From Gammaproteobacteria bacterium (GTDB lineage: Bacteria; Pseudomonadota; Gammaproteobacteria; Natronospirales; REEB76): a DNA stretch of 35,866 bases. Positions within the stretch are counted from its first letter, which is position 1; each line of letters opens with the position of its first letter. The notes under the pieces were generated by a model, which saw only the letters and a program-made list of their open reading frames with translations, did no database searches and was not told where the DNA came from. The position numbers and the translations under genes were made by a program. Below are positions 8,469 through 17,542 of this stretch, one piece after another. Location of the stretch: positions 1 through 35,866 of the forward strand of contig DASSRV010000081.1 of assembly GCA_035701605.1 (NCBI GenBank), read 5' to 3'.

Positions 8469-10229
8469 TCAATCGGTTTTCGTGCCCGGGGCGGCCTGTT
8501 CCGGGCTCTCCGGCGCCGCCAGGAGGCGGCTCAGCTCGGCCTTTTCCGCGGGGCTCAGCGCCCGGCGGCCGGCTTCGGCAATCAGCTCATCGCGACGGCG
8601 CCCGGCGGGTCGGCGCACGAGGTCGGCCATGACCGCAGCAAATTCGGCCTCCATGGCCTCCGGCGGGGTGACCAGCTCGGCCTGGGCGAGCTTCATCAGC
8701 GTGGCGCCGGTTTCGCTGCCCCGCCAATGTTCCAGCAGGCCGGCCCCGTTGATATGGGGGTGGGCCTGGGCGAATTCCAGCAGCGCCTTGAGCACCTCCG
8801 TACCCTTGAGCGAAACGCCATCCAGTTCCGCCGGTGCCCCGGCCAGCCCGGCCAGTTTCGGCTGGCTGAGCAGGAGCGCGATCGCGCGTCGCACCGGGCT
8901 GGTCAGTTGTGGCCGGGGGGCCAGCGAGGCCGCCCGCTCCGCGGCCCCGGCCCGCGCTGTCCGGTTAAGGATAGTCAAGTTTTCGGGATTCACCTGGGCG
9001 AGGCGCGCGATTTCTTCGGCCAAGAGCTCCCGGAACATGCCCGCCGGCACCCGCGCCAGGTGCGGGCGGGCGAGCTCGACGAGCCGCGCGCGGCCTTCCG
9101 CGGAATCGAGATCGGTCTGCGCGGTGAGGCTCTCGCACAGGAAGCGCGATAGCGGCTGGGCGCCGGCCAGACGCGCCTCGAACGCCTCGCGACCTTCCTT
9201 GCGCACCAGCGTGTCCGGGTCCTCGCCTTCGGGCAGGAACAGGAATTTGATGTGCCGCCCCTCGCGCGCTTCGGGCAGCGCGTTTTCCAGCGCGCGCCAG
9301 GCGCCGCCGCGACCGGCCCGGTCGCCGTCGAAACAGAACACCACTTCCGGCGCCACCCGGAACAGCCGCTGCAGGTGATCCGCGGTGGTGGCGGTGCCGA
9401 GCGTGGCTACGGCATAGGCCACGCCGTGCTGATGCAGGGCCACCACGTCCATGTAGCCTTCCACCACCATGAGGCGCGGGATGCTGCGCAGTGCCTGACG
9501 TGCTTCGTAGAGACCGTACAGCTCGCGGCCCTTGTGGAACAGCGGGGTTTCCGGCGAGTTCAGGTACTTGGGTTCGCCCTGATCGAGCACCCGGCCGCCG
9601 AAGGCAATCAGGCGACCGCGGTTGTCGCGGATCGGGAACATGATGCGTTCACGGAACCGGTCGTAACAGCGGCCGTCGTCCTTGCGGATCAGCATGCCGG
9701 TCGCGAGCAGCGCGCGTTCGGCCTCGGCACCGAGTTGTTTCAGCAAGGTGTCCCAGCCGGCCGGCGCGTAACCGATGCCGAAGCGCGCGGCGATGTCGCC
9801 GCTCAGGCCGCGCTGCTTGAGGTAGGCGACGGCCGCGGGCGTGGCCCTGAGGGCGTCGCGATACAGGCGCGCGGCCTGATCCAGCACCGCGTACAGCGGT
9901 GCATTGCCGGATGCGTTGTCCTGGGTGCCGCGCTCCTCGGGCACGTCCACGCCGACGAGTCCCGCGAGCTCGCGCACCGCGTCCGGGAACTCCATGTGCT
10001 CGTAGTCCATGAGGAAACCGATGGCGGTGCCGTGCGCGCCGCAGCCGAAGCAGTGGTAGAACTGCTTGACCGGGCTCACGTAGAACGACGGGGTTTTCTC
10101 GTTGTGGAACGGGCAGCAGGCCGCGAATTCGCGACCGTGCTTCTTGAGCGGCACGCGCTTGTCTATGACCTCGACGATATCAATGCGCGTCAGCAGCTCT
10201 TCGATGAATCCCGGCGGGATGCGTGCCAT
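8469..10229 (-). CDS. dnaG: DNA primase DnaG
   Basis: Zinc ribbon CPFHNEKTPSFYVSPVKQFYHCFGCGAHG, a TOPRIM region (VVEGYMDVVAL ... CFDGDRAGR) and a C-terminal helicase-interaction domain. Confidence 0.95.
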   Translation of the reverse strand: MARIPPGFIEELLTRIDIVEVIDKRVPLKKHGREFAACCPFHNEKTPSFYVSPVKQFYHCFGCGAHGTAIGFLMDYEHMEFPDAVRELAGLVGVDVPEERGTQDNASGNAPLYAVLDQAARLYRDALRATPAAVAYLKQRGLSGDIAARFGIGYAPAGWDTLLKQLGAEAERALLATGMLIRKDDGRCYDRFRERIMFPIRDNRGRLIAFGGRVLDQGEPKYLNSPETPLFHKGRELYGLYEARQALRSIPRLMVVEGYMDVVALHQHGVAYAVATLGTATTADHLQRLFRVAPEVVFCFDGDRAGRGGAWRALENALPEAREGRHIKFLFLPEGEDPDTLVRKEGREAFEARLAGAQPLSRFLCESLTAQTDLDSAEGRARLVELARPHLARVPAGMFRELLAEEIARLAQVNPENLTILNRTARAGAAERAASLAPRPQLTSPVRRAIALLLSQPKLAGLAGAPAELDGVSLKGTEVLKALLEFAQAHPHINGAGLLEHWRGSETGATLMKLAQAELVTPPEAMEAEFAAVMADLVRRPAGRRRDELIAEAGRRALSPAEKAELSRLLAAPESPEQAAPGTKTD

Positions 10230-10322
10230 GTGTCGTCGCGTTGCAGGTCGGGACGGAATGCACCGCCCCGCGTCCCGCTCACAGGGTGTACAAAGGATAG
10301 ATGAAGTTCACGGCGGCGGTGC

Positions 10323-10769
10323 TCAGCCGCCGAGCCGGGCCTTGATGCGCGCACTCACCGCGCCCATGTCGGCGCGGCCGGCCACCCGGGGTTTGAGCCA
10401 GCCCATGACCTTGCCCATGTCCTTGATGCTGCTGGCGTTGCTCGCGGCAACCGCCTCCGCCACCAGGGCGTCGAGTTCGGCCTCGTCGAGCTGCGTCGGC
10501 AGGTAGGTCTGGATCAGGGCGATTTCGGCCTGTTCCTGCGCGGCCAGATCCGCGCGACCGCCCTTTTCATACTGGCTCACGGAATCGCGGCGCTGCTTGA
10601 GCATCTTGTCCAGCACCGCCAGCACCTGGGCGTCGTCGAGTGTGATGCGCTCGTCCACTTCGCGCTGCTTGATGGCGGCGAGGATCAGGCGGATCACGCC
10701 GAGGCGCGGCTTGTCGCCGGCGCGCAGGGCATCCTTCATGTCGTTCGTGATCTGGTCTTTCAGCGGCAT
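10323..10769 (-). CDS. GatB/YqeY domain-containing protein
   Basis: MPLKDQITNDMKDALRAGDKPRLGVIRLILAAIKQREVDE.... It sits in the conserved position between rpsU and dnaG. ATG at 10769 was chosen; the ORF maximum is 10859. Confidence 0.85.
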   Translation of the reverse strand: MPLKDQITNDMKDALRAGDKPRLGVIRLILAAIKQREVDERITLDDAQVLAVLDKMLKQRRDSVSQYEKGGRADLAAQEQAEIALIQTYLPTQLDEAELDALVAEAVAASNASSIKDMGKVMGWLKPRVAGRADMGAVSARIKARLGG

Positions 10770-10859
10770 GGCGTGCGGTTCCTGAAAAGAACACGGCGCT
10801 CTTCTTGCGATGAGCGCCGTGTCGGGTTTGACGGATTGGCGGGCCCTGCGGCCCGGCAC

Positions 10860-11075
10860 TCAGTACAGGCGGGTGCGGCGCGAGGTTTCGCGCGACAGCT
10901 TCTTCATGTGGCGCTTCACGGCCGCGGCCTGTTTGCGCTTGCGTTCCTGGGTGGGCTTTTCGTAGAACTCGCGGCGGCGCAGTTCGGTCATGACACCGGC
11001 CTTCTCGCAGGCGCGCTTGAAGCGGCGCAGGGCGGCGTCAAAATGCTCGTTTTCCTTGACTCGTACGCTGGGCAT
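10860..11075 (-). CDS. rpsU: 30S ribosomal protein S21
   Basis: [48 protein letters not shown]... Confidence 0.95.
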   Translation of the reverse strand: MPSVRVKENEHFDAALRRFKRACEKAGVMTELRRREFYEKPTQERKRKQAAAVKRHMKKLSRETSRRTRLY

Positions 11076-11129
11076 GCGGTTCTCGCTTTTGGGCCGGGCG
11101 GCGCCTTCGCCACCCCGGAAAGGGCCGGC

Positions 11130-11158
11130 ATTCTACCGGCCGGCGTGTAGAATTGCAA
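11130..11158 (-). promoter_or_regulatory. Putative sigma-70 promoter of the rpsU-yqeY-dnaG-rpoD operon
   Basis: The minus strand reads TTGCAA-N17-TAGAAT (-35 at 11153-11158, -10 at 11130-11135). A second TAGAAT on the plus strand (11148-11153) forms an inverted repeat with it and may be the -10 of divergent tsaD. Confidence 0.45.
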
Positions 11159-11188
11159 AGCCTGACGCCACCCCGGGACCTGCTCCGC

Positions 11189-12199
11189 TTGCGCATCCTC
11201 GGCATCGAAACCTCCTGCGACGAGACCGGCGTCGCCGTCTATGACGGCGAGCGCGGGCTGCTGTCGCACGCGCTCTACAGCCAGATCGCGCTGCATGCCG
11301 AATACGGCGGGGTGGTGCCGGAACTGGCCTCGCGCGACCACGTGCGCAAGCTGCTGCCGCTGGTGCGCGGGGCGCTGGCCGAGGCGGGCAGCCGCGCCGA
11401 CCGGATTGACGGCATCGCCTACACCGCCGGGCCGGGGCTCCTGGGTGCGCTCTTGGTGGGAGCCTGTTTTGCCCGCGCGCTGGCCTTTGCCTGGAATGTG
11501 CCGGCGCTCGGGCTACACCACATGGAAGGGCATCTGCTGGCGCCCATGCTGGAGACGCCGCGCCCGGCGTTTCCGTTCGTGGCGCTCCTGGTCTCGGGCG
11601 GGCACACGCTCCTGGTGGAAGTGCAGGGCGTGGGTCGCTACACCACGCTCGGCGAATCGGTGGACGACGCGGCCGGCGAGGCCTTCGACAAGGTGGCGAA
11701 ATTGCTCCGCCTGCCGTATCCGGGCGGGCCGCACCTGGCAAAACTGGCACAGCAGGGCGTGGCCGGCCGCTTCGTGTTGCCGCGCCCCATGACCGACCGG
11801 CCGGGACTCGATTTCAGCTTCAGCGGCCTCAAGACCGCGGTGCTGACCACGCTTAAAAATGCGCCCGATGACGCCCAGACGCGCGCCGACATTGCACGCG
11901 CGTTCGAGGAGGCGGCCGTGGACACGCTCGCCATCAAGTGCGCACGCGCACTGGACCAGACCGGGCTCGATCGGCTGGTGGTGGCGGGCGGCGTGGGCGC
12001 GAACCAGTCGCTGCGCGCGCGGCTCAAGGCACTGGCAGCGGAACGCGGCGGCGAGGTGTTCTATCCGCGCGCCGAATTCTGCACCGACAACGGCGCCATG
12101 ATCGCCTACGCCGGGTACGTGCGACTGTCGGCGCAGCGCGACGTGGCGCCGACGCCGGTGACGGCACGCTGGCCGCTCGACAGCCTGACAGCGGCGTGA
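11189..12199 (+). CDS. tsaD: tRNA N6-adenosine threonylcarbamoyltransferase TsaD
   Basis: (M)[18 protein letters not shown]...SRDH...[10 protein letters not shown]...LLVSGGHT.... A TTG start at 11189 gives the canonical N-terminus. The longest ORF starts at TTG 11153, inside the rpsU promoter -35 box. Confidence 0.9.
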   Translation: MRILGIETSCDETGVAVYDGERGLLSHALYSQIALHAEYGGVVPELASRDHVRKLLPLVRGALAEAGSRADRIDGIAYTAGPGLLGALLVGACFARALAFAWNVPALGLHHMEGHLLAPMLETPRPAFPFVALLVSGGHTLLVEVQGVGRYTTLGESVDDAAGEAFDKVAKLLRLPYPGGPHLAKLAQQGVAGRFVLPRPMTDRPGLDFSFSGLKTAVLTTLKNAPDDAQTRADIARAFEEAAVDTLAIKCARALDQTGLDRLVVAGGVGANQSLRARLKALAAERGGEVFYPRAEFCTDNGAMIAYAGYVRLSAQRDVAPTPVTARWPLDSLTAA

Positions 12200-12278
12200 A
12201 TGGGATGAATCATTAAATTCACATTCCCTCTCCTTCCGGGAGTGGAAATTCAGGAAACAATTCTGATTCAGGAGCCAC

Positions 12279-12635
12279 ATGGACACCGTTTTCATCCGTG
12301 ACCTGCGCATAGACACCGTGGTCGGCATCTACGACTGGGAACGACGCATCCGCCAGACCGTGAGTTTCGATCTCGACATGGGCACCGACATCCGGCGCGC
12401 CGCCGCCAGCGACCGCATCGAGGACACGCTGGATTACAAGGCGGTGGCCAAGCGCATCATCCAGTATGTGAGCGAACAGGAATTCCAGTTGGTGGAAACG
12501 CTGGCGGAAAAGGTCGCGGGCATCGTGCGGGACGAATTCGGCGTGCCCTGGGTGAGACTGACGCTGCACAAACCGGGCGCGGTCAACGGCAGCAAATCGG
12601 TCGGCATCAGCATTGAACGCGGCAAACGCGATTGA
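12279..12635 (+). CDS. folB: Dihydroneopterin aldolase
   Basis: MDTVFIRDLRIDTVVGIYDWERRIRQTVSFDLDM...DTLDYKAV...LVETLAEKVA. A CAGGAG Shine-Dalgarno lies upstream. Confidence 0.9.
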   Translation: MDTVFIRDLRIDTVVGIYDWERRIRQTVSFDLDMGTDIRRAAASDRIEDTLDYKAVAKRIIQYVSEQEFQLVETLAEKVAGIVRDEFGVPWVRLTLHKPGAVNGSKSVGISIERGKRD

Positions 12636-12650
12636 ACCGGGAATCTCCGT

Positions 12651-13139
12651 GTGACTGAGGTCTTTGTCGGCATCGGCAGCAACGTACAGCCGGAAAAGAA
12701 CATCCGTTCCGCAGTGCAGCAACTGCGCGCACGCTTCGGTGCGCTGCACGTCTCGCCGGTGTACCGAAATCCCGCCGTGGGGTTCGAGGGCGACGACTTC
12801 TTCAATCTCGTGGCGGGGTTCTCCACCACGCTCGGTTTCGACGCGGTGCACGACAGCCTGGAACGCATCGAATTCGCCCACGGCCGGGTGCGCGGCGGGC
12901 CACGCTATGCGCCGCGCACGCTCGACATTGACATGCTGCTGTACGGCGATCTGGTGCGCGATGCCGCGCCGGTGCTGCCGCGCAAGGATCTCCTGCGCTA
13001 TGCGTTCGTGCTGAAGCCGATGACGGACATCGCGCCCGAACGGAGACATCCGCAGACCGGCCGCAGCTTTGCCGAGCATTGGGCGGCATTCGATGCCGCC
13101 AGCCAGCCGCTTGCGCTGGTCACGCTGACTGGCTTATAA
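12651..13139 (+). CDS. folK: 2-amino-4-hydroxy-6-hydroxymethyldihydropteridine diphosphokinase (HPPK)
   Basis: GTG start. VFVGIGSNVQPEKNI...VSPVYRNPAVGFEGDDFFNLV...RTLDIDMLLYGD. Confidence 0.9.
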   Translation: MTEVFVGIGSNVQPEKNIRSAVQQLRARFGALHVSPVYRNPAVGFEGDDFFNLVAGFSTTLGFDAVHDSLERIEFAHGRVRGGPRYAPRTLDIDMLLYGDLVRDAAPVLPRKDLLRYAFVLKPMTDIAPERRHPQTGRSFAEHWAAFDAASQPLALVTLTGL

Positions 13140-13145
13140 GAAAGC

Positions 13146-14495
13146 ATGGTATCCCCGGGCACAAAACGCATGCGAAGCCTGTGTTATGCCGTACTGAGCT
13201 GCGCGCTGGTGCTGATGGCGGGCTGCGGCGGCTCCGGCAGCGAGTTGCTGGCCGGCGGCAGCACACAGGCCGCGGCCGACGATTGCTCGATCAGCGGCGA
13301 GAACAACCAGATTCTCGGCGTCATGCAGGACTGGTACTACTGGTACAGCAACCTGCCGGCTGCGGATCCCGGGGCCTACAGCGACGCGGAGAGTTTTGTC
13401 GAGGCGCTGCGTCACCAGCCGCTGGATCGTTTCAGTTTTGTCACGAGTCAGGCTGCGAATGAGGCCTTCTATGGCGCCGGACAATACGTCGGCTTCGGTT
13501 TCAGCCAGCAGCTCGATGCCGGCAATGCCTTGCGCATCGCCGACGTGTATCCGAACAGTCCCGCGGCGGATGCCGGCATGGCGCGCGGCGACACCGTGCT
13601 TTCGATCAACGGCACACCGGTTGCCACACTGCTTGCGCAAGGCACGCTTGACAGTGCCTATGGCGATACCGAAGTGGGCGTTGAAGCAACCTTGCAATTC
13701 CAGCATCTCGCCGGCGACGTGCACACCGCGACCATGCGGAAGGCCGTGGTAACGCAGCCCAACGTAAAACTGGTGCAGACCTTCACCGCCGGCAGTCACA
13801 AGGTCGGTTATTTCTTCTTCCAGAATTTCATCCAGCCCTCGGATGCCGAACTGGACCAGGCCTTCGCGCAACTCAAGGCGGATGGCGTGGACGAGCTGGT
13901 GATTGACGACCGCTACAACGGCGGCGGCCTGCTGTCCGTCGCGCAACATCTGGGCTCGCTGATCGCGGGCAACGCCAATGCCGGCCAGTTGTTCGCCACA
14001 CTCAATTACAACGACCGCCACAGCGGCAACAACTACACGTACTATTTTGGCAGCCAGACCAATGGGCTGGCGCTGTCGCGCGTGGTGTTCATCACCACCG
14101 CCGCCACTGCTTCCGCCAGCGAGCTCATCATCAATGCCTTGAAGCCCTACATGGACGTGGTGACGGTGGGCGCGACCACCTTCGGCAAGCCGGTGGGCGA
14201 GAACGGCTTCGACATCTGCAAGGACGTGTTGTACCCGATGACCTTCAAGATGACCAACGCCGCGGATTACGGCGATTATTTCCAGGGTTTTGCGCCGACC
14301 TGCCCGGCCGCGGACGATTTTACCCACGCCCTCGGCGACAGCACCGAATCCTCGCTCGCGACCGCGCTGTACTACATCGCCAACGGGAGCTGCGGTCCGA
14401 CAGCGATCACGGCGGAGCGCACGCTGTCAGAACGCGCCGCACGCGAGCCCGTGCCGAAGCGTTACGGCTGGCGGCAGTTGGTGAATGGGTACTGA
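13146..14495 (+). CDS. S41 family peptidase (PDZ-containing lipoprotein)
   Basis: Lipobox LVLMAGC, PDZ segment IADVYPNSPAADAGMARGDTVLSINGTPV, and S41 core DDRYNGGGLLSVA ... TTAATASASELIINALK. An alternative start is ATG 13170. Confidence 0.8.
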   Translation: MVSPGTKRMRSLCYAVLSCALVLMAGCGGSGSELLAGGSTQAAADDCSISGENNQILGVMQDWYYWYSNLPAADPGAYSDAESFVEALRHQPLDRFSFVTSQAANEAFYGAGQYVGFGFSQQLDAGNALRIADVYPNSPAADAGMARGDTVLSINGTPVATLLAQGTLDSAYGDTEVGVEATLQFQHLAGDVHTATMRKAVVTQPNVKLVQTFTAGSHKVGYFFFQNFIQPSDAELDQAFAQLKADGVDELVIDDRYNGGGLLSVAQHLGSLIAGNANAGQLFATLNYNDRHSGNNYTYYFGSQTNGLALSRVVFITTAATASASELIINALKPYMDVVTVGATTFGKPVGENGFDICKDVLYPMTFKMTNAADYGDYFQGFAPTCPAADDFTHALGDSTESSLATALYYIANGSCGPTAITAERTLSERAAREPVPKRYGWRQLVNGY

Positions 14496-14520
14496 GGAAT
14501 CCCCGATTTAATTATCGGTC

Positions 14521-14538
14521 GTCGTTCCCGCGAAAGCG
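14521..14538 (+). repeat. Left half of a split REP hairpin (copy C)
   Basis: gtCGTTCCCGCgaaagcg matches the left arm and loop of the REP consensus (tcATTCC[CG]GCgaaagc). The expected right arm is missing here and reappears at 14781-14789. Confidence 0.45.
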
Positions 14539-14778
14539 CACTGCTGTCCGGAGAAAATAGACTCTGTCTCCGGGAAACGAATAAAACAAGCGGCTTGCGG
14601 ACAAATGAGAGTTACGGAGACTCGAATTTTGCTAATGCGCCGTGGCCCCGGCGAACGCCTACAGGAATGTAGGCGGTAGGGCGACGCAGGGGGCCAAAGC
14701 CGAGGCCCAGTCTGAACGAATCCCGGCCCAAGGCCGGGCGCTTATGTTGCCGGGTTTCCCCCTGGGCAGCAGTGAGGG
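14539..14778. mobile_element. MITE-like insertion of about 240 bp with 8-bp perfect terminal inverted repeats, sitting in the loop of a REP hairpin
   Basis: CACTGCTG at 14539-14546 and CAGCAGTG at 14767-14774 are perfect inverted repeats. The flanks are gaAAGCG (left) and ggAAGCG (right), which resemble a target duplication. The outer flanks CGTTCCCGC and GCGGGAATG pair as the REP stem. Internally there are several hairpins and no ORF: TCCGGAGA..TCTCCGGA, CGCCTACAggaaTGTAGGCG and CCCGGCCcaaGGCCGGG. Confidence 0.35.
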
Positions 14779-14812
14779 AAGCGGGAATGTCGAGTAAATA
14801 AATTTTCTGTGA

Positions 14813-15565
14813 TTACCAGCCCACACTACGCCCGCCATCCACGGCGAGAATCTGTCCGGTCACATACTCCGCATCGCGCGCGAGATACAGCACCGCGCCC
14901 GCGATGTCTTCCGGCGAGCCGATGCGCTTGAGCGCGGTGCGGTCCAGGATGGCTTTCTTGTCCTTGCCGTCCAGACCTTTTTCCGGCCACAGGATCGCGC
15001 CCGGTGCAATGCCGTTCACGCGCACGTCCGGCCCCAGCTCGCGCGCCAGCGAGCGGGTCAGCATGTCGAGGCCGGCCTTGCTCACGCTGTAAAGCGTGTG
15101 TCCCGTCAAAGGCCGCTGCCCATAGATGTCCACAATGTTGACGATGCTGCCGTGATTGCGACGCAAATAAGGCGCCGCGGCTTGTGCAAGGAAGAACGGC
15201 GCTTTCAGGTTGGTGCCGAGGATTTCATCCCATTCACCCTCGCCGACCTGTCCGACGGTGCTGCTCTGGAACACGGACGCATTGTTGACCAGCAGGTCCA
15301 GTGAGCCCCATTGCAGGGAAGTCTTGACCAGCGAATCGAATCCCGCCACATCCGCAAGATCGGTCTGCGCCAGCACTGCGGAGTCGCGGCGGAGGGCATT
15401 CAATTTGTTGCACAAGGCTGCGGCCTCGCCTTCGGAGCGCCGGTAATGCAGCACCACGTTCATGCCTTCCGCATGCAGGCGGCTGGCGATGATGACACCC
15501 ACGCGCCGCGCTGCGCCGGTCACCAGCGCCGTGCGTCCGGCAAGCTTTGCGGTATCATTTTCCAT
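14813..15565 (-). CDS. Short-chain dehydrogenase/reductase, pteridine reductase-like (FolM/PTR1 type)
   Basis: MENDTAKLAGRTALVTGAARRVGVIIA (TGxxxRxG), NNAS, the YSVSK catalytic Tyr-x3-Lys and GQILAVDGG. It lies next to folB-folK. ATG 15565 was chosen; the ORF maximum is 15730. Confidence 0.8.
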   Translation of the reverse strand: MENDTAKLAGRTALVTGAARRVGVIIASRLHAEGMNVVLHYRRSEGEAAALCNKLNALRRDSAVLAQTDLADVAGFDSLVKTSLQWGSLDLLVNNASVFQSSTVGQVGEGEWDEILGTNLKAPFFLAQAAAPYLRRNHGSIVNIVDIYGQRPLTGHTLYSVSKAGLDMLTRSLARELGPDVRVNGIAPGAILWPEKGLDGKDKKAILDRTALKRIGSPEDIAGAVLYLARDAEYVTGQILAVDGGRSVGW

Positions 15566-15611
15566 GTTTCCCGCCTTGTGTGGCCCCGCGTCCACTATAA
15601 ACCAGAATACC

Positions 15612-16775
15612 GTGCTGCCCGTCAAGCAATCCCTGTCCGAATTGCCGGCACCTTCGGCCGAGGCGCTGGCGCACAGTGCGCGGCTGTGCGCGCAGATCGC
15701 GCGGGAAATCGTCGCGGCGGGCGGTAGCATCGGCTTCGAGCGTTACATGGAGCTGGCGCTGTACGCGCCCGGGCTCGGTTATTACAGCGCCGGTGCGCGC
15801 AAGGTCGGCGCGGCCGGCGATTTCATCACGGCACCGGAACTGTCGCCGCTGTTTTCGCAGTGCATGGCCCGGCAATGCCGCGACGTGCTGACAGCACTCG
15901 GCGGTGGCGGCGTGCTGGAACTCGGCGCCGGTTCCGGCATCATGGCGGCGGATGTGCTGGCTGAATTGGTGCGGCTCGATTGTCTGCCGGGCCGTTACCT
16001 GATTCTCGAAGTCAGTGCCGATCTTCGCGAACGTCAGCGTGAAACTTTGCAGCAACGCGTGCCCGAGCTGGTTTCGCGCGTTGAATGGCTCGACACCCTG
16101 CCGACATCCTTCCACGGCGTGGTGCTCGCCAATGAAGTGCTGGATGCCCTGCCGGTGTCGCGTTTCCGTCACGAGTCACGGGGCTGGACGGAATACACCG
16201 TGACCGTGCAGGCCGAGACATTTGTCTGGGATACGCGGCCGGCTTCAACAGAACTGGCGGCGACACTCGCGCAACTCGAATCCGAACTCGCTTCGCCCCT
16301 GGTGCCGGGTTACCGCTCCGAAATTTGTCCACGCCTGCCGGCATTCATGGCGTCACTGGCGGATAGCCTCGAACGCGGCGCCCTGCTGTTCGCGGATTAC
16401 GGCTATCCGCGTGCGGCCTATTACCATGCAGAGCGCAGCATGGGCACGCTCATGTGCCATTACCGGCAGCGCGCCCACGACGATCCCTTTCTCTATCCCG
16501 GCTTGCAGGACATCACCGCGCACGTGGATTTCACCGCCGTGGCGGAAGCCGGCACGGTTCACGACCTGGAACTCGCCGGCTACACCACACAGGCGCACTT
16601 CCTGCTCGCACTCGGCATCGCGGATCAGGCCCGCGATCTCGAAAGCGCACGTCAGATCAAACTGCTGACCCTGCCGGAAGAAATGGGCGAGCGGTTCAAG
16701 ATCATCGGTTTCACCAAAGGCATCGAACCGTCGTTGCAAGGCTTTGCCCTGCGTGACCTGAGCCACGGCCTGTAA
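15612..16775 (+). CDS. Class I SAM-dependent methyltransferase, MidA/NDUFAF7 (DUF185) family
   Basis: FERYMELALYAPGLGYYSAG...GDFITAPELSPLF...VLELGAGSGIMAADVL...ANEVLDALPV. An in-frame GTG at 15612 avoids overlap with the divergent SDR gene; the ORF maximum is 15462. Confidence 0.8.
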   Translation: MLPVKQSLSELPAPSAEALAHSARLCAQIAREIVAAGGSIGFERYMELALYAPGLGYYSAGARKVGAAGDFITAPELSPLFSQCMARQCRDVLTALGGGGVLELGAGSGIMAADVLAELVRLDCLPGRYLILEVSADLRERQRETLQQRVPELVSRVEWLDTLPTSFHGVVLANEVLDALPVSRFRHESRGWTEYTVTVQAETFVWDTRPASTELAATLAQLESELASPLVPGYRSEICPRLPAFMASLADSLERGALLFADYGYPRAAYYHAERSMGTLMCHYRQRAHDDPFLYPGLQDITAHVDFTAVAEAGTVHDLELAGYTTQAHFLLALGIADQARDLESARQIKLLTLPEEMGERFKIIGFTKGIEPSLQGFALRDLSHGL

Positions 16776-16882
16776 CAGCCATTGCGGCTATCTGGTTATT
16801 ATAGGGACATGAATCGTCTGACGTTACGGCGTGCTTTGCCGCGTAATAGCGCGGCACCCGAGCGCCCTCCGGAGTGAGATGT

Positions 16883-17170
16883 TTATCGGCGCTTGGGCGG
16901 CCAATCTTGCTTGCCGTGCAAGACACGAACGATCTGCACCGTATCGTTCATGAGTACATAGACAATGAAATAAGTCGTGCGGTTGACAATCAACTCGTGC
17001 GTGCCCGCAACGCGCCCTGTTCGCCCCATCTTCGGATGGTAGAGCAGGCGACTGGCTGCCGTCGCAATGCGATCAACAACTTGTTTTGCGGCGGCAGGAT
17101 TTTCTTGCGCGATGTATTCCTGTGCGTCAAGGAGTTGGCGCAGCGCTCTCCGAGTCCACTTCAGTTTCAA
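16883..17170 (-). CDS. ParE/RelE family type II toxin
   Basis: (M)KLKWTRRALRQLLDAQEYIAQENPAAAKQVVDRI...GRTGRVAGTHELIV..TTYFIVYVL..DTVQIVRVLHGKQDWP. TTG 17170 gives the canonical N-terminus; the longer ORF starts at TTG 17191. Confidence 0.8.
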   Translation of the reverse strand: MKLKWTRRALRQLLDAQEYIAQENPAAAKQVVDRIATAASRLLYHPKMGRTGRVAGTHELIVNRTTYFIVYVLMNDTVQIVRVLHGKQDWPPKRR

Positions 17171-17360
17171 TCTGTACCCCCCATTTGGCAAAAGCGGATT
17201 TTATTTCAGCATCAGTTGCGAACTCGCCGCGACGCGCTTCTTCAAGCCCTGCTTCGATTTCTTGGCGTACGTAGGCTTCGTAAAGCACGTCCTTCCACTC
17301 CGCGCCATCGGGCAAGTGGTCCGCCAACCAGTGCAGTTCTTCTTTCAGATTTGCCGCCAT
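17127..17360 (-). CDS. Putative antitoxin partner of ParE (small acidic protein)
   Basis: ATG 17360 is preceded by a GGAGGA Shine-Dalgarno. MAANLKEELHWLADHLPDGAEWKDVLYEAYVRQEIEAGLEEARRGEFATDAEIKSAFAKWG.... It sits immediately upstream of parE and overlaps it. The family assignment is uncertain. Confidence 0.6.
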   Translation of the reverse strand: MAANLKEELHWLADHLPDGAEWKDVLYEAYVRQEIEAGLEEARRGEFATDAEIKSAFAKWGVQIETEVDSESAAPTP

Positions 17361-17507
17361 AACATCCTCCAGCGTTACGGCAATTCTACGCTCTGCCGTC
17401 GGGCCTCTTCCACCGGCTCCTGGCCCGGACTTTGGCAATAGGCTCGAATACACGCTTCGATTCCTGCGGGCGGATAAAGACCCCCGCCTGCGGCGAAAAG
17501 GCGCGGC

Positions 17508-17536
17508 TTGACATTGCCTAATAATTCGATAATACT
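17508..17536 (+). promoter_or_regulatory. Putative sigma-70 promoter of arsR
   Basis: TTGACA (17508-17513), a 16-17 nt spacer, then TAATACT (17530-17536). The arsR ATG (17543) lies about 7 nt after the -10 with no Shine-Dalgarno, which suggests a leaderless transcript. Confidence 0.35.
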
Positions 17537-17542
17537 AGAAAT

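Noticed and set aside
12219-14327. Minus-strand ORFs 12219..13079 (286 aa) and 13134..14327 (397 aa)
   Set aside because: They lie opposite folB/folK and the S41 peptidase, which have clear family motifs. Both are shadow ORFs.
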